From a virus: 64,000 nt of DNA. The translations under genes and the position numbers were made by a program. The stretch is taken from positions 1-64,000 of the IMG/VR virus record IMGVR_UViG_3300044946_000220; one strand, written 5' to 3'. The stretch's first letter is position 1; each line of letters begins with the position of its first letter. Positions 9,884 through 19,517 of the stretch are shown piece after piece. The notes beneath the pieces are model-generated. The model saw only the letters and a program-made list of their open reading frames with translations, was not told where the DNA came from and made no database searches.

Positions 9884-10995
9884 GGTCTACTCCCAATCTG
9901 AAGACACAGATTACAAGCACAATCGCACCATGACGGCTGGTCGTTCGCGCGGCACGCGTTCATCGTCCGACCGCAATGGGTCGACGGCCGTAGAGGTTCG
10001 GCTACCGCGACCTTCTCTCGCAGCTGCGCAATGACCGCCTCGGCGTTGCTCAGCTGGATTCGCAACGACTTGGCTGTAGCGTTCGCGGCGTCCTGGGCAC
10101 CCAAGGCGCCGTCGCGCTGGCGGGTTAGGTCGGCAATGGTGGCGTCCTTGCCCTTGGCGCCGTCGACCGCGCGTTGGAGGCGTAGGCGCATCTCGTTGCA
10201 CTCGGTGTACGCCGAGTCTCGCTCGCGCATGGCCTCCATCGCCACGCGGGCCGGCTCCAGCATTGCGGCGTTGTACTCGGCCGCCTTGTCCTCTGCGCGG
10301 GTTGCCACCTCGCGGGCGTCTCGCAGCTGGTCCTCCGCCGTCTCTGCCCTCCTGCGAAGGTCTATCTTGTCGTTCTCCAGCGTGGCCAGCTCCAGGCGCA
10401 TCCGATCGTTCGCCGCCTGCATGAGAGTGACGGTGTTCGCGTTGCCTGCCTTCCACTGTCCTAGCAGCTTCTCCGCCGCCTCCGCACGGCGCAGGGCTGC
10501 GTCTAGCCCGTCTACGGCGCGCCCGTACTCGTTCAGCGCGTGCACAATGACGCCCGCCGTCGTCTCGTCGTCGACCATGCCCACGCACTCGCCGTCTCGG
10601 TAGAGCGTCCTGCCCAACTTGCGGCCGACTCGCCATCGGGGCTCCTCCGCGCGCTCTGTCGCGGCGGGAGCGGCATGCGGCCATGTGCAAGGGCAGCACT
10701 CGAAGGCATTGCCCCAGTCGCAGAAGTCGGCGCGCTGGTGCACGTGTCCGCACGCGCAGCACCCCACCGACCCACTCGGCCCGTGCCCTGGCCGGCCTAC
10801 AGGCGCATCAACGGTAAAACCCGGTGGCACCGGAATCACCACCTGCGCGTTGGCCACACACGCCGCGAGCTTGGCGTCGATGATGGCCTCGTTGGCTTGA
10901 TTGAACGCGACCATGGCAACATCGCTGCCGCGCGTGTTCCAGAGCGCAGCCAGTGCCGCGCACATCTTCGCCTTCGCATCGTCTATGGCGGTCAT
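9880..10995 (-). CDS. Coiled-coil hypothetical protein
   Basis: WRVGRKLGRTLY motif, long heptad-rich region, Cys clusters. Confidence 0.65.
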   Translation of the reverse strand: MTAIDDAKAKMCAALAALWNTRGSDVAMVAFNQANEAIIDAKLAACVANAQVVIPVPPGFTVDAPVGRPGHGPSGSVGCCACGHVHQRADFCDWGNAFECCPCTWPHAAPAATERAEEPRWRVGRKLGRTLYRDGECVGMVDDETTAGVIVHALNEYGRAVDGLDAALRRAEAAEKLLGQWKAGNANTVTLMQAANDRMRLELATLENDKIDLRRRAETAEDQLRDAREVATRAEDKAAEYNAAMLEPARVAMEAMRERDSAYTECNEMRLRLQRAVDGAKGKDATIADLTRQRDGALGAQDAANATAKSLRIQLSNAEAVIAQLREKVAVAEPLRPSTHCGRTMNACRANDQPSWCDCACNLCLQIGSRP

Positions 10996-11064
10996 GTCAT
11001 CGTCTCCAGGTTGCTCGCGCGCAGGGTCGGACGCCCGCGTTGACGTCCGACCGAGCACCACCCT

Positions 11065-14000
11065 CTACTTCGCCCTCGGTCGCACCACGTAGAACCCGGT
11101 CGCCTCGTCGTGAACGGCCTCGTTCGGCATGGCCTCGTTGCCCGGGTCTCCGGTGATTGCGGTGGGGCATCCGAGGCTCCGCCACACGGCCGAGGCGCCC
11201 TTGCTGTACGCCTCCTGTGTCTCACGATCGATCGCCGCTCGCAGCTGGTCGCTGATCGGCGGCAGGTTCTTCACCATCTCGTCTTCGGTCATATTCTTCG
11301 TCTCCTTTCCAGCGTCGTTGCCGTCCTCGCGCGCACGAGTCAGTGCGGCTTCTGATTGTTGAACGCGTCCCAGTCGGCATATCCGACCACACGCGGGTCC
11401 TCGTCGGGGTCTCCCGCACAACTACGTGCCCGCGCATCACCTTGCAGGTCCACATGCGGTGTACGGTGTGCGTTCCTGTCCTGACCGAGCCACGCGGGTG
11501 CATCCGCCCTGCGAGCCTCGGCCATGAAGGCGTTGGCGTCGTAGGGAGCGATGCTGTACCGCGTGCAGAGGGCCTCGGCACCCTGCTCCAAGGCACCCGT
11601 GTTCGCCCACATGATGGCGCCGTCGTCTGGGTCGATGATGGCGGGGACCACGGATGCGTCGCCGTCCATCATCTTGAAGTCGCTCTCCGGGTCCGCCTTC
11701 TCGCACGTGCGGATGTAGTCCTCCGCACGCCGGTAGTCGGCGAAGTAGGCCACGAAGTGAACTTCGTCACCCTCGCCCCCGGTGAAGACGGCCCACCCCG
11801 TGTGCTGTAGCTCGGTCTCTATCACCGTACCGTTCGGGGATTCCCCGTCCTTCTCGTGCATGACCTCTCCTTTCTTCCGTTTCTCGTGTGCTCGCGCGCA
11901 GGGCGCTCACGTAATCGCTCCGGTACAGAATGGGCAAGTCGGGTCGTACGACACATGGCCGCCGTGCTTCGCGCGCAGCTCCCTGACTTCCTCAAACGTG
12001 CTCTCGCATAGGTAATCCGGCTCCTGAGGCACCTTCTTCATCTCGGCCGTGCACCGAGTTGCCTCGTTTTGCAAGCCTGCGCCGCCGAGCTTACGGATCT
12101 CTTCTGCAAGCAAGAGATCCTGTTTCGATAACCCGATGTTCCACGTGTCGACCATGGCTGCCGCCTCGTTCATGGCGTCAGTCCGCACGCTCGCCAGGAG
12201 CGCCGAGAGTGCGTCCACATCGGCCGGGAGCGGCATGTCAGCGCTCGGGTCGCAGTCCACGTGACAGCCGTGGTGATTGTGCATGATGAGCCACGACGTG
12301 GCGCGTTCTCTCGTATCCACCTGGGTCTCCTCCGTCCTGTCCGTTCTCGCGCGCACAACTCAGACCGTTTTCTCATCCTCCGAGCGCACCGGCTCGCACG
12401 GTTCCGCGCGACCACCGCGCGTGAAGTACATGCAGGCTTTTACGGGTGCCGGGACGACGCCGCACACCTCGCAGTACGGCCCCGCGCAACCCTGCTCGTG
12501 GTCGCACGCCCAGTCCTCGGCGCCACACACCATGCAGTAGATAGGCTCCTCACTCATGCTCGTTTGGGGCAACTGTTACCGTTTTCACGCGACGCGTGAG
12601 GAGTGATACCTCAGATGTACCGTCCTCGTAAAATACCTGCACTACCGGCATGTTCTCGTCCTCGTCGTGATCCCACACCGTGACCTCCAGGTGCGGCGGC
12701 TGCTTCTGTAGCGCCCTGATCAGCATATAGACCGTCATCGGTCATCCACGTCCATGTCCCCAACGAACACCTTGTCGGGAGACTCGCATTCGATGTCTAG
12801 ACGCAGTCGACCCATGTCCATCATGGCCGACGAGGTGAAGTCCGACATGCCTGTGTCCTTCACCCACCCGAAGAATGCGTCACGCATCTCTTCGCTGTCG
12901 AAACATACGACCACGTCGCAGTGCTTCCGTACTCTGCGGCGAGTCTGCTCTGTTATCCGCTTATCTACGCTCTTCGACCGCTTCGCCATCGTCTCTCCTT
13001 TGCTCGCGCGCAGGTCACTGCGCCGTTTCGTTCTCCGGCAGCGTACCGTCGAACAGGCTCCCATCGATCGCCTCACGTTTGATGGCGAACGGATGAACGG
13101 GGGCACGAAGTAGCGCCAGGAGTGCCCTTTCCGGCGTGTGCATGTCGTCCCCGTACATGTCCCAAAAGTAGCCTTGCCGTGGCCCATGGGAGTACCGCAG
13201 GAATGACTTGCCCAGCTTGACCACGCACGTGGGTCTAGTGTCCTGACGAGGGAACGGCGGCATGTAGTTCGGGATGATCTTGGCATGCTTCCGCCACGTA
13301 TCCAGGTTCCCGCTCATGTCGTCGAGCATGACGGCGAGAAGGCGCTCCACGGTGAACAGGCCCGGGTCAATCACGGGCGCGATCCTTCGCAGACGTGCCC
13401 AGGTCGCATCACGTGGTCGCACTTCGGGCACGCCGGCACCCCGAGCAGTTGGGCCGCGAGACGGACGGCGTCCGGGTTCTTCGCAGCGACGCGAGCGAGC
13501 TGCATGGCGATCAGCGCGTTCGGATCACCTGACCCGTCCTCGTAAACGCCGTGCCTCCACGATGAGCAACCCGAGCACACGTCGGGTCCTCCGCAGTCAT
13601 GTTGGCTATATTCGCTCATCGACGTTCCTTTCCGTCGCGCTGATAGAGGTCGCGCGCATTACCCCTTCGGCAAAGCGCAGACTTCGTTGAGCGCGGCGAC
13701 CACCGCGCGGTCCCACTCCACCTCGTCGGCGGTGGGGTCGCCGCACCGGAAGTCGGCCAGCGCGACTCCGCGGACGTCGAGAATGCACCCCTCCTTGCTC
13801 AGTGTGTAGGGGCCATGTTCCTTGAGTATGTCCAGCTCGTCAGTCGTCATGGTGTTTCCTTTCGCGCGCCGTCGCGCGCACTTTCCTCAACCCGAAGCCG
13901 ACACTGTCGCGTCCTCGCGAGCGACCTCTTTCCGTAAGACGGCCATCCCCTCCTCGGTAAACTCAACCCCCTGGTCGCCGTCCGCGTCCTTCTCTCCGAT

Positions 14001-15370
14001 CCACCTGGCGAAGCCCTTGGCGATCAAGTCATGCACGTCCGGCTTCACGAACGGGTTGCCTGCGATCTCTTTCCAGTTCCGGTTCACTCGCATAAGCGGG
14101 CGCATGGTCTCGGCAATCTGCTTCCACGTGACAGGCTTCCACGTGTCTTCGTGGTGGACGCACGTCGTTACGATGAAGGCCGCGGCCAACTCGCGCTCAA
14201 CGCGACCGAAGGTTGCCGTGAGCGGCACCCATGAGCGAGCAAACAACTTCACGTCGGACGGCTTCATTTCTCCTCGTTTCACGGCGCGCGCATTATCCTG
14301 TGCGCGTTCCGCGCAGTTTCCGCTCCAGTAACGGCAGCCACTGGGACGCTACGGGATGGTCGGCGTGACGAATCGCGCCGACGGCGTCGCTCAGCGCGCC
14401 TTCCAATTCTCGGATGCGAGCCTTCAACTCCTCCGGTGTCGTTTCCCAACCGCCACTCTGTTCATCTTCACTCATCGGTCTCTCCTTTTTCGGTGCGCGC
14501 ACTTCCGTGCGTCAGTTGCCGCCCATTACGCGGTCGAGTTCCCCACACTCTTCGCGGTTCAAAAGCCGCTGCGTCCACTCGGAAGGGATCACGGTGTCGG
14601 CCGGGATGGGCCCGACGCCCTTCACTTCACCACCCGGGTTGAGGCCCATCATCCTGGCGACCAAGGTGGCTCCGAGGAAGCCTCGTGCCTGCACCAAACA
14701 AGCTCCGAGGAACTGTTGGCCGGTCGGCAGTGACCCATCCGCAAAGGACAGCCACCACCACGCGACGGGCTTCGTCGACTCCTCCGTCAGCACATCGACC
14801 GTCCGCTTCTCGAATTCGTCCTTCGTCAGCATGATCGCCCTCCGTTTTTCCAGGCGCGCATGGCACTGAGTCTACTTGACCCACTTGTCATAGACGCGGT
14901 GGTACCCGCACTTCGTACATGTGGCCGAAACGCGCACTGTATCACCGCCCCAAAAGACGTAAGCATACTCCGCCTCTTCCGTCGTCCAGGCGTGGGTGCA
15001 GAACGCCTCTCGGAAATACTGAACTAGCCACTTCATCGCCAATCTCCCAGTGCGCGCAGAGCCGTGAGCCTCACTCTTCCACATTCAGCGCTACCAGTAC
15101 CGGCACCTCAACTACCACATCGATTGGCCTCACGTTGCACGGACGGTTCACGAGGATGAAGCCGGAGGCCATTGTGACTGCGAAAAACGTGACGATTGCG
15201 CGGGTCATTGGACTGTCTCCTCTTCATCCTCTGCGTTCACTGCCACTGTCCCCGTACCCAGGCATGCGAAACAGGCCCAGTCAGAACGAAACGACGTTTC
15301 CCCAGTGCGATCGTCAACCGTCTGGCCGTGGCCCGTACCGTCGCACGACTCGCAGGGCTTGCGATCGGGC
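11065..15370 (-). other. Cluster of short, coupled leftward hypothetical ORFs (e.g. 11340-11861, 13015-13431, 13887-14282, 14512-14832)
   Basis: Overlapping stop/start junctions and purine-rich RBSs; several CxxC motifs; no function recognised. Confidence 0.6.
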
Positions 15371-15371
15371 G

Positions 15372-15995
15372 TCACGTCAACTCCGTTCGCTCAAACCTCT
15401 CGACTCGGAAACGCCCGAAGGTGGGTCTGAAGTCGCCAACGCCGACCAAACGGCCAGCGTTCGTTACCACATCCGACAACGAGTCCATGTCAATGTATTC
15501 CGGCGTTAGCACCTGTAGCTGAACCGTGGCCGTCCATCCAGACCGCATTGCGGGACGGTGGCGAGTAATGGCATTGCGTTGGATAACAACTCGACGCCTG
15601 TCGATGTAGTCCCAGTCCTTGACCCCAAATGAGGCGTGCTCGGTGAGAGACACGACGCCGGCCTTGAACAAATCCATCGCCGACTTTCGAGGAGATCTGG
15701 GATCCTGTCGGAACTTGGCCGCATGAATGATCGCCTGCCGCAAGTATTCTCCTGGTAAGCACAACTCTCCCGCATCGTCGCGATAAACGTAGGACTCAAC
15801 GTTGTCAGACTTCTTGGCCTTGCTGCCCTTCGCGGACTTCGCCTTCTCCTCTACCGCGTCACACGACCAACGGTGAAAAAGAAATGGGGCTGACCCAACG
15901 ATTGTGGCCTCTACCTGATAGGGTTCCCCCATCTGAATGTCGCACACTGCATCGCCGCTAACTTCGCCGATCGCCTCAATCTTTGTTTTTGTCAC
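15372..15995 (-). CDS. Stand-alone RAMP/Cas7-like RNA-binding protein
   Basis: GTG start with GGAGG RBS; VEATIVGSAPFLFH first strand, LCLPGEYLRQAI helix, RPAMRSGWTATVQL, Gly-rich loop AGRLVGVGDFRPTFGRF; no cas1/cas2 or CRISPR array in the window. Confidence 0.75.
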   Translation of the reverse strand: MTKTKIEAIGEVSGDAVCDIQMGEPYQVEATIVGSAPFLFHRWSCDAVEEKAKSAKGSKAKKSDNVESYVYRDDAGELCLPGEYLRQAIIHAAKFRQDPRSPRKSAMDLFKAGVVSLTEHASFGVKDWDYIDRRRVVIQRNAITRHRPAMRSGWTATVQLQVLTPEYIDMDSLSDVVTNAGRLVGVGDFRPTFGRFRVERFERTELT

Positions 15996-16009
15996 GCTGC
16001 CTCCGTCCT

Positions 16010-16172
16010 GCCCAAGGGGGCCCATACCTCGCCAGGCCGCGCCCGACCCGACCAATCCATGCCACAGACGACCACACCCGGCCTCTCCGAGGCACGCCAC
16101 GCCATTCCCAAATCTGCCTTACTAGCCGGACTCCGTATAGCCGGAGCATTCCACGCCAATTCCCGGCCAGCC
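16010..16172 (-). repeat. Pentamer-periodic (GGN-NN)n array with delimiting hairpins; candidate guide-like ncRNA
   Basis: 16118->16024 reads as 19 in-phase pentamers, 16 starting GG and 13 GGY; hairpins at 16010-16021 and 16130-16147; shorter tract at 16148-16172. Confidence 0.85.
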
Positions 16173-16178
16173 AAGTTT

Positions 16179-16382
16179 CTAAACCGCGCCCAAAACTCTC
16201 GCACAATCTTCGCCAGATCGCGTGAGCACAAAGGTGCCGCGATGCGCAGCCGCCGTCAGCATGCACCTGGCCTCCAACTCTCTCGCTGCCACCACCTCTG
16301 CCGCGTTACGCGGGATAACGAAACCGCCACAATCCAGGCCTCGGCTCAGAACTGATCTAATCCCCGCGCTCACCAGCATCAT
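16179..16382 (-). CDS. Small hypothetical protein, probably leaderless
   Basis: ATG 6 nt after the -10 box; first ORF of the leftward operon. Confidence 0.5.
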   Translation of the reverse strand: MMLVSAGIRSVLSRGLDCGGFVIPRNAAEVVAARELEARCMLTAAAHRGTFVLTRSGEDCARVLGAV

Positions 16383-16388
16383 GAGGGA

Positions 16389-16417
16389 AGACTAGGCGCG
16401 CGCGTTTGATCTGTCAA
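16389..16417 (-). promoter_or_regulatory. Leftward sigma70-type promoter
   Basis: TTGACA-17 nt-TAGTCT. Confidence 0.75.
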
Positions 16418-16431
16418 GTCAGTTTTTGAAG

Positions 16432-16460
16432 TTGACGTGCGAAACGTCCGGCGCTACCCT
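16432..16460 (+). promoter_or_regulatory. Rightward sigma70-type promoter (divergent pair)
   Basis: TTGACG-17 nt-TACCCT, 9 nt before ATG 16470. Confidence 0.6.
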
Positions 16461-16469
16461 ACTCGAAGC

Positions 16470-16673
16470 ATGACAGAACGCAACAGTCCGCTAGACGCCC
16501 ATCTTGCGCTGCGCATTTCCAGCCAGCTTTACCGGGACATCGAGGCGCTGCAGGGCGATGCTCACGCAAGCCTTGGGTACAGGGTTCCGCTTGCAGACAT
16601 CGTCCGCGCGCTTCTTGAGGAGGCTGTGATGCATCGCCGTCTCTCTGCTGAGAGAGCGGCTAAAAGCCTCTGA
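16470..16673 (+). CDS. Ribbon-helix-helix-like regulator
   Basis: HLALRISSQLYRDIEAL...LADIVRALLEEAV; first gene at the divergent switch. Confidence 0.65.
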   Translation: MTERNSPLDAHLALRISSQLYRDIEALQGDAHASLGYRVPLADIVRALLEEAVMHRRLSAERAAKSL

Positions 16674-16692
16674 CTCAATCGATCGCCCTCCC

Positions 16693-17123
16693 GTGGACCC
16701 CAAGCTTCTCCCGCACGTTCTGCAGGCCCTACGCTTCACCAGGGCGCGTCTTGCGAACCCAAGCCATTGGACCAAGGGCTCTTCCGCTAGAGACGCGCTC
16801 GGCTATAAGCTGCCAGCTGGACATCCTGCAGCGGCCAGTCATTGCCTTATGGGCAGCTTGCCGCCGATGCCTGAAGCACTTCAGAACGAATATGGGCTGA
16901 ACTTGCAATTACGCTCAACGGCCAAGGCCCCGTGGAGTTCAACGACGCCGACGAGACGACGCATGCGGACGTCCTCCGCGCCATTGACGAGACGATTAGC
17001 CGGCTGTCTTCACCCCAAGCCAAGACATCGCAGTGTCAAGACTCACCTTCCCCAGAAACTCCCGCGCAGTGCGAACCTTCCCCGCCCTTATTGCAAACAG
17101 GGCCGACGAGCACAGAGTCGTAA
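16693..17123 (+). pseudogene. Phage hypothetical (DUF6197-like) protein split by a frameshift near 16880
   Basis: N-half WTKGSSARD..HCLMG and C-half VEFNDADETTHADVLRAIDETI are in different frames. Confidence 0.6.
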
Positions 17124-18105
17124 GGGCGGCGTGAGCGAAGTCCCTTTGGACTGGAATGTCCCTGAGGCGGTGGAAGTCTAGCTCAACTTCGTCGCACCAG
17201 TCGTCTATCTTGGCGCGGTAGACGTCCAGCTGCTCCTTTAGTTCGGGGAACGCTTGCTCCACCTCAGAGTTCTCACCGGCACGCGCAATCTCAAACAGGC
17301 TGCGCGGGTTGCAGCCGTCTTTCGCCCTATGTAGCAGTACGTAGGCAGCCGCTTTCGATTTTTGGCGATTGAAGTGTCCGTCTACCGTAACGAACCCCTC
17401 CTGTACCAACGGGTTCATCGTCTCTAGCGCCGCCGCGATCTCAGCAAACGAGCTGAGTGCAAACTCGCGTACCGGCGTTGCCGTAGGCAAGTACAGCGAG
17501 GCCACGTCACGCGCTGACAACTCAATCTGCGTGCGCAGATCGCGCCCACCCAGAAGCGTCAGGCTCGCCTTCTCGTGTCGTACAACGATCCTGTTGTAAG
17601 GGCTGCCGAGTTCAAAGAAGAACGAGCACCCAACGCCCTCCACGGGAAGCTCTAGGCCAACTTCATCCACCGTCTTCCAGAACAGCTCCTTGAAAGTAAA
17701 CCCAAAGCCGTTGCATTCTCCCCCGGCGTCCGGTGTCCCGCTGGTTGCAACGCGCCATTGGCCTGCGTACCAGTACACTTGGCAAAGCGAGCCGTCAACC
17801 TTCTCCTGAACGCAGGCCGAGGACCAGTCAATCGTCGCACACTCCGACATTCCTTCGTTGAAGAATCGGTCCAGCGATCGGCACACCACGCGGTAATTGT
17901 CAGCGGTGTCAAGAATGATTCCGCGGCACTGGACCACGAGCGGATGTGCGCGGCACTTGTCGGAGTCAATCTGATCGTACTTGTACAAGTGCAACTGCGG
18001 GAACTCGGCGCTGGCGCGCACCTGGATGCCATATTCCTCGGTGAGCTTGGCTTCCGTGCCGCCCTCGTCGAAGAACTGCTGGAGTAGAATGCGCTCATTG
18101 CCCAT
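16996..18105 (-). CDS. T4 Rnl1-like RNA ligase
   Basis: QCRGIILD, DRFFN, motif I EKVDGS, FFELGSPYNRIV, EGFV, KSKAAAY. Confidence 0.9.
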   Translation of the reverse strand: MGNERILLQQFFDEGGTEAKLTEEYGIQVRASAEFPQLHLYKYDQIDSDKCRAHPLVVQCRGIILDTADNYRVVCRSLDRFFNEGMSECATIDWSSACVQEKVDGSLCQVYWYAGQWRVATSGTPDAGGECNGFGFTFKELFWKTVDEVGLELPVEGVGCSFFFELGSPYNRIVVRHEKASLTLLGGRDLRTQIELSARDVASLYLPTATPVREFALSSFAEIAAALETMNPLVQEGFVTVDGHFNRQKSKAAAYVLLHRAKDGCNPRSLFEIARAGENSEVEQAFPELKEQLDVYRAKIDDWCDEVELDFHRLRDIPVQRDFAHAALTTLCSSALFAIRAGKVRTAREFLGKVSLDTAMSWLGVKTAG

Positions 18106-18171
18106 ACCCTCCCCACCGATCGACGCGCGGTGCGGGCCAATCGAAGGCATGGTTAGAGGATTCAATCAGCC

Positions 18172-18696
18172 ATGACCGAAACTCTCACAATCTCGCAGGC
18201 GCTCCGCGCCATCAAAAAGGCCAAAGGAAAGCTGTCCGAACTCTCAGAGCGCGCCAAGTCGTGCGCCACCTTTGCCGAGGGCGAGTACCCGGCATTCGAG
18301 TGGTCTTCCACCATGGAGGCGATCCGCGACACTCGATCCAACCTGCTGAACTTGCAGGAAGCCGTGGCTCACGCCAACGCAACGACCAAGATTGAAGTGG
18401 ACGGGAAGAAGGTGTCGTTGGCCTACGCGGTGCGATTGCTCGGCGAGATCAAGAGCGAGATTGCTTTTCTGAAGACGGTGCCTGGGCGCACGCAGGAGCG
18501 CACTCAGGAGCTTGCCTGGGGCGTCAACCAGGCTGGTGAGCGCACGCAGATCTCTCGTAGCGTGATCAGCCACCTTCCCGAGGCGCGAAAGGCCGCCGCG
18601 ATTGAGGCTGCGCAGAATCGTTTTGATCTGCTAAACTCGATCGCAGAAAACGCCAACCATACAACCCCCGCTCCCGTCGCATCCGCGCGGAGCTAA
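18172..18696 (+). CDS. DIP1984-like long coiled-coil protein
   Basis: TISQALRAIKKAKGKL, AEGEYPA, AVAHANATT, SLAYAV, terminal ENANHTT match the family pattern. Confidence 0.75.
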   Translation: MTETLTISQALRAIKKAKGKLSELSERAKSCATFAEGEYPAFEWSSTMEAIRDTRSNLLNLQEAVAHANATTKIEVDGKKVSLAYAVRLLGEIKSEIAFLKTVPGRTQERTQELAWGVNQAGERTQISRSVISHLPEARKAAAIEAAQNRFDLLNSIAENANHTTPAPVASARS

Positions 18697-18700
18697 GACT

Positions 18701-18972
18701 GAGGTGACGGGCAAAGGCGGTGCTTGAACGGGCTGGGGAGTGGACTCCCAGAGCAGTAGAAGCGTGTCCAGCCAATTACTCTACGCAAAGAGACCAGCGC
18801 CTAGCGCTGCCAACCGTGACGACACCGAGCCGTACGAAGGGGGAACAAACACCCTCTCTCGATTTATGCGGCAGCCGTCAGCCTTCCTCTCTTCAGCGGT
18901 GAGCGATGAGCACACAGCCCACAGCAACCAGCACTTGTCAATCCCGTCAGGCGGCGCCTAGCCCGTCACCTC
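18701..18972 (+). ncRNA. Putative ~270-nt structured RNA with long closing stem and 7-nt-period AGC repeats
   Basis: gaggtgacgggc (18701-12) is the exact reverse complement of gcccgtcacctc (18961-72); pairing extends to ~30 bp; AGC at 18895, 18902, 18909, 18916, 18923, 18930, also 18796/18803 and 18873/18880. Confidence 0.75.
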
Positions 18973-19517
18973 GCTGTATCCGAAGGACTTTCGCATGCGT
19001 AACGCCATCGTCAGGTTCTGGACCTTTACCGTCCCGCTCGCTTGGATCATCTTCGTGAACGCCCTCCTCGGCGAGGCTCCCGAACCTGAACCGGTGCCCG
19101 CATGAGGCGCGCGTGGCCTCGGCTGCCGGGACTGCTCAAGTACCTGAAACAACCAGAGGAATTCCAACTCACCTTCGTGGACTGGGTGAACGTGGTGGGC
19201 GTTATCTTCCTGCCGATCGCAGCATGGTTGGCCTACGTGGCGAACTCAAGTCCTTAGCGATCTCGCCAGTTTACGCACGTTCGCCTCACAGGGGCGTTTT
19301 TGTTGTTGACCTAGCGAACGGGACGAAGTATCAAGCCCAGTCTTCCAGGACTCGTTCAGTGTGCAGGTCCGCGCGGACGCAGTCCTGGAAGGTTGATGGT
19401 GGCTGGTAACGCAGTGCGGCCGGCGGGGTGGTGATAAGTCAGCGTGTGTGCGTGTCGCGGAAGCGGACACGGCGGTGAGTTGCGCGCGTCGATCGAAACT
19501 GGTGGCAAGGAGCCTAC

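Noticed and set aside
15996-16100. N-terminal extension MACLGEAGCGRLWHG of the RAMP-like ORF
   Set aside because: It is the translated repeat tract; GTG 15995 has a GGAGG RBS.
16024-16118. Classical CRISPR array or simple microsatellite
   Set aside because: No 23-50 bp repeats with spacers, and two of five positions vary freely, unlike slippage repeats; reported instead as a pentamer array.
18720-18961. Short ORFs 18720-18902 and 18740-18961
   Set aside because: No convincing RBS or protein character; end-to-end pairing and 7-nt periodicity fit an RNA better.
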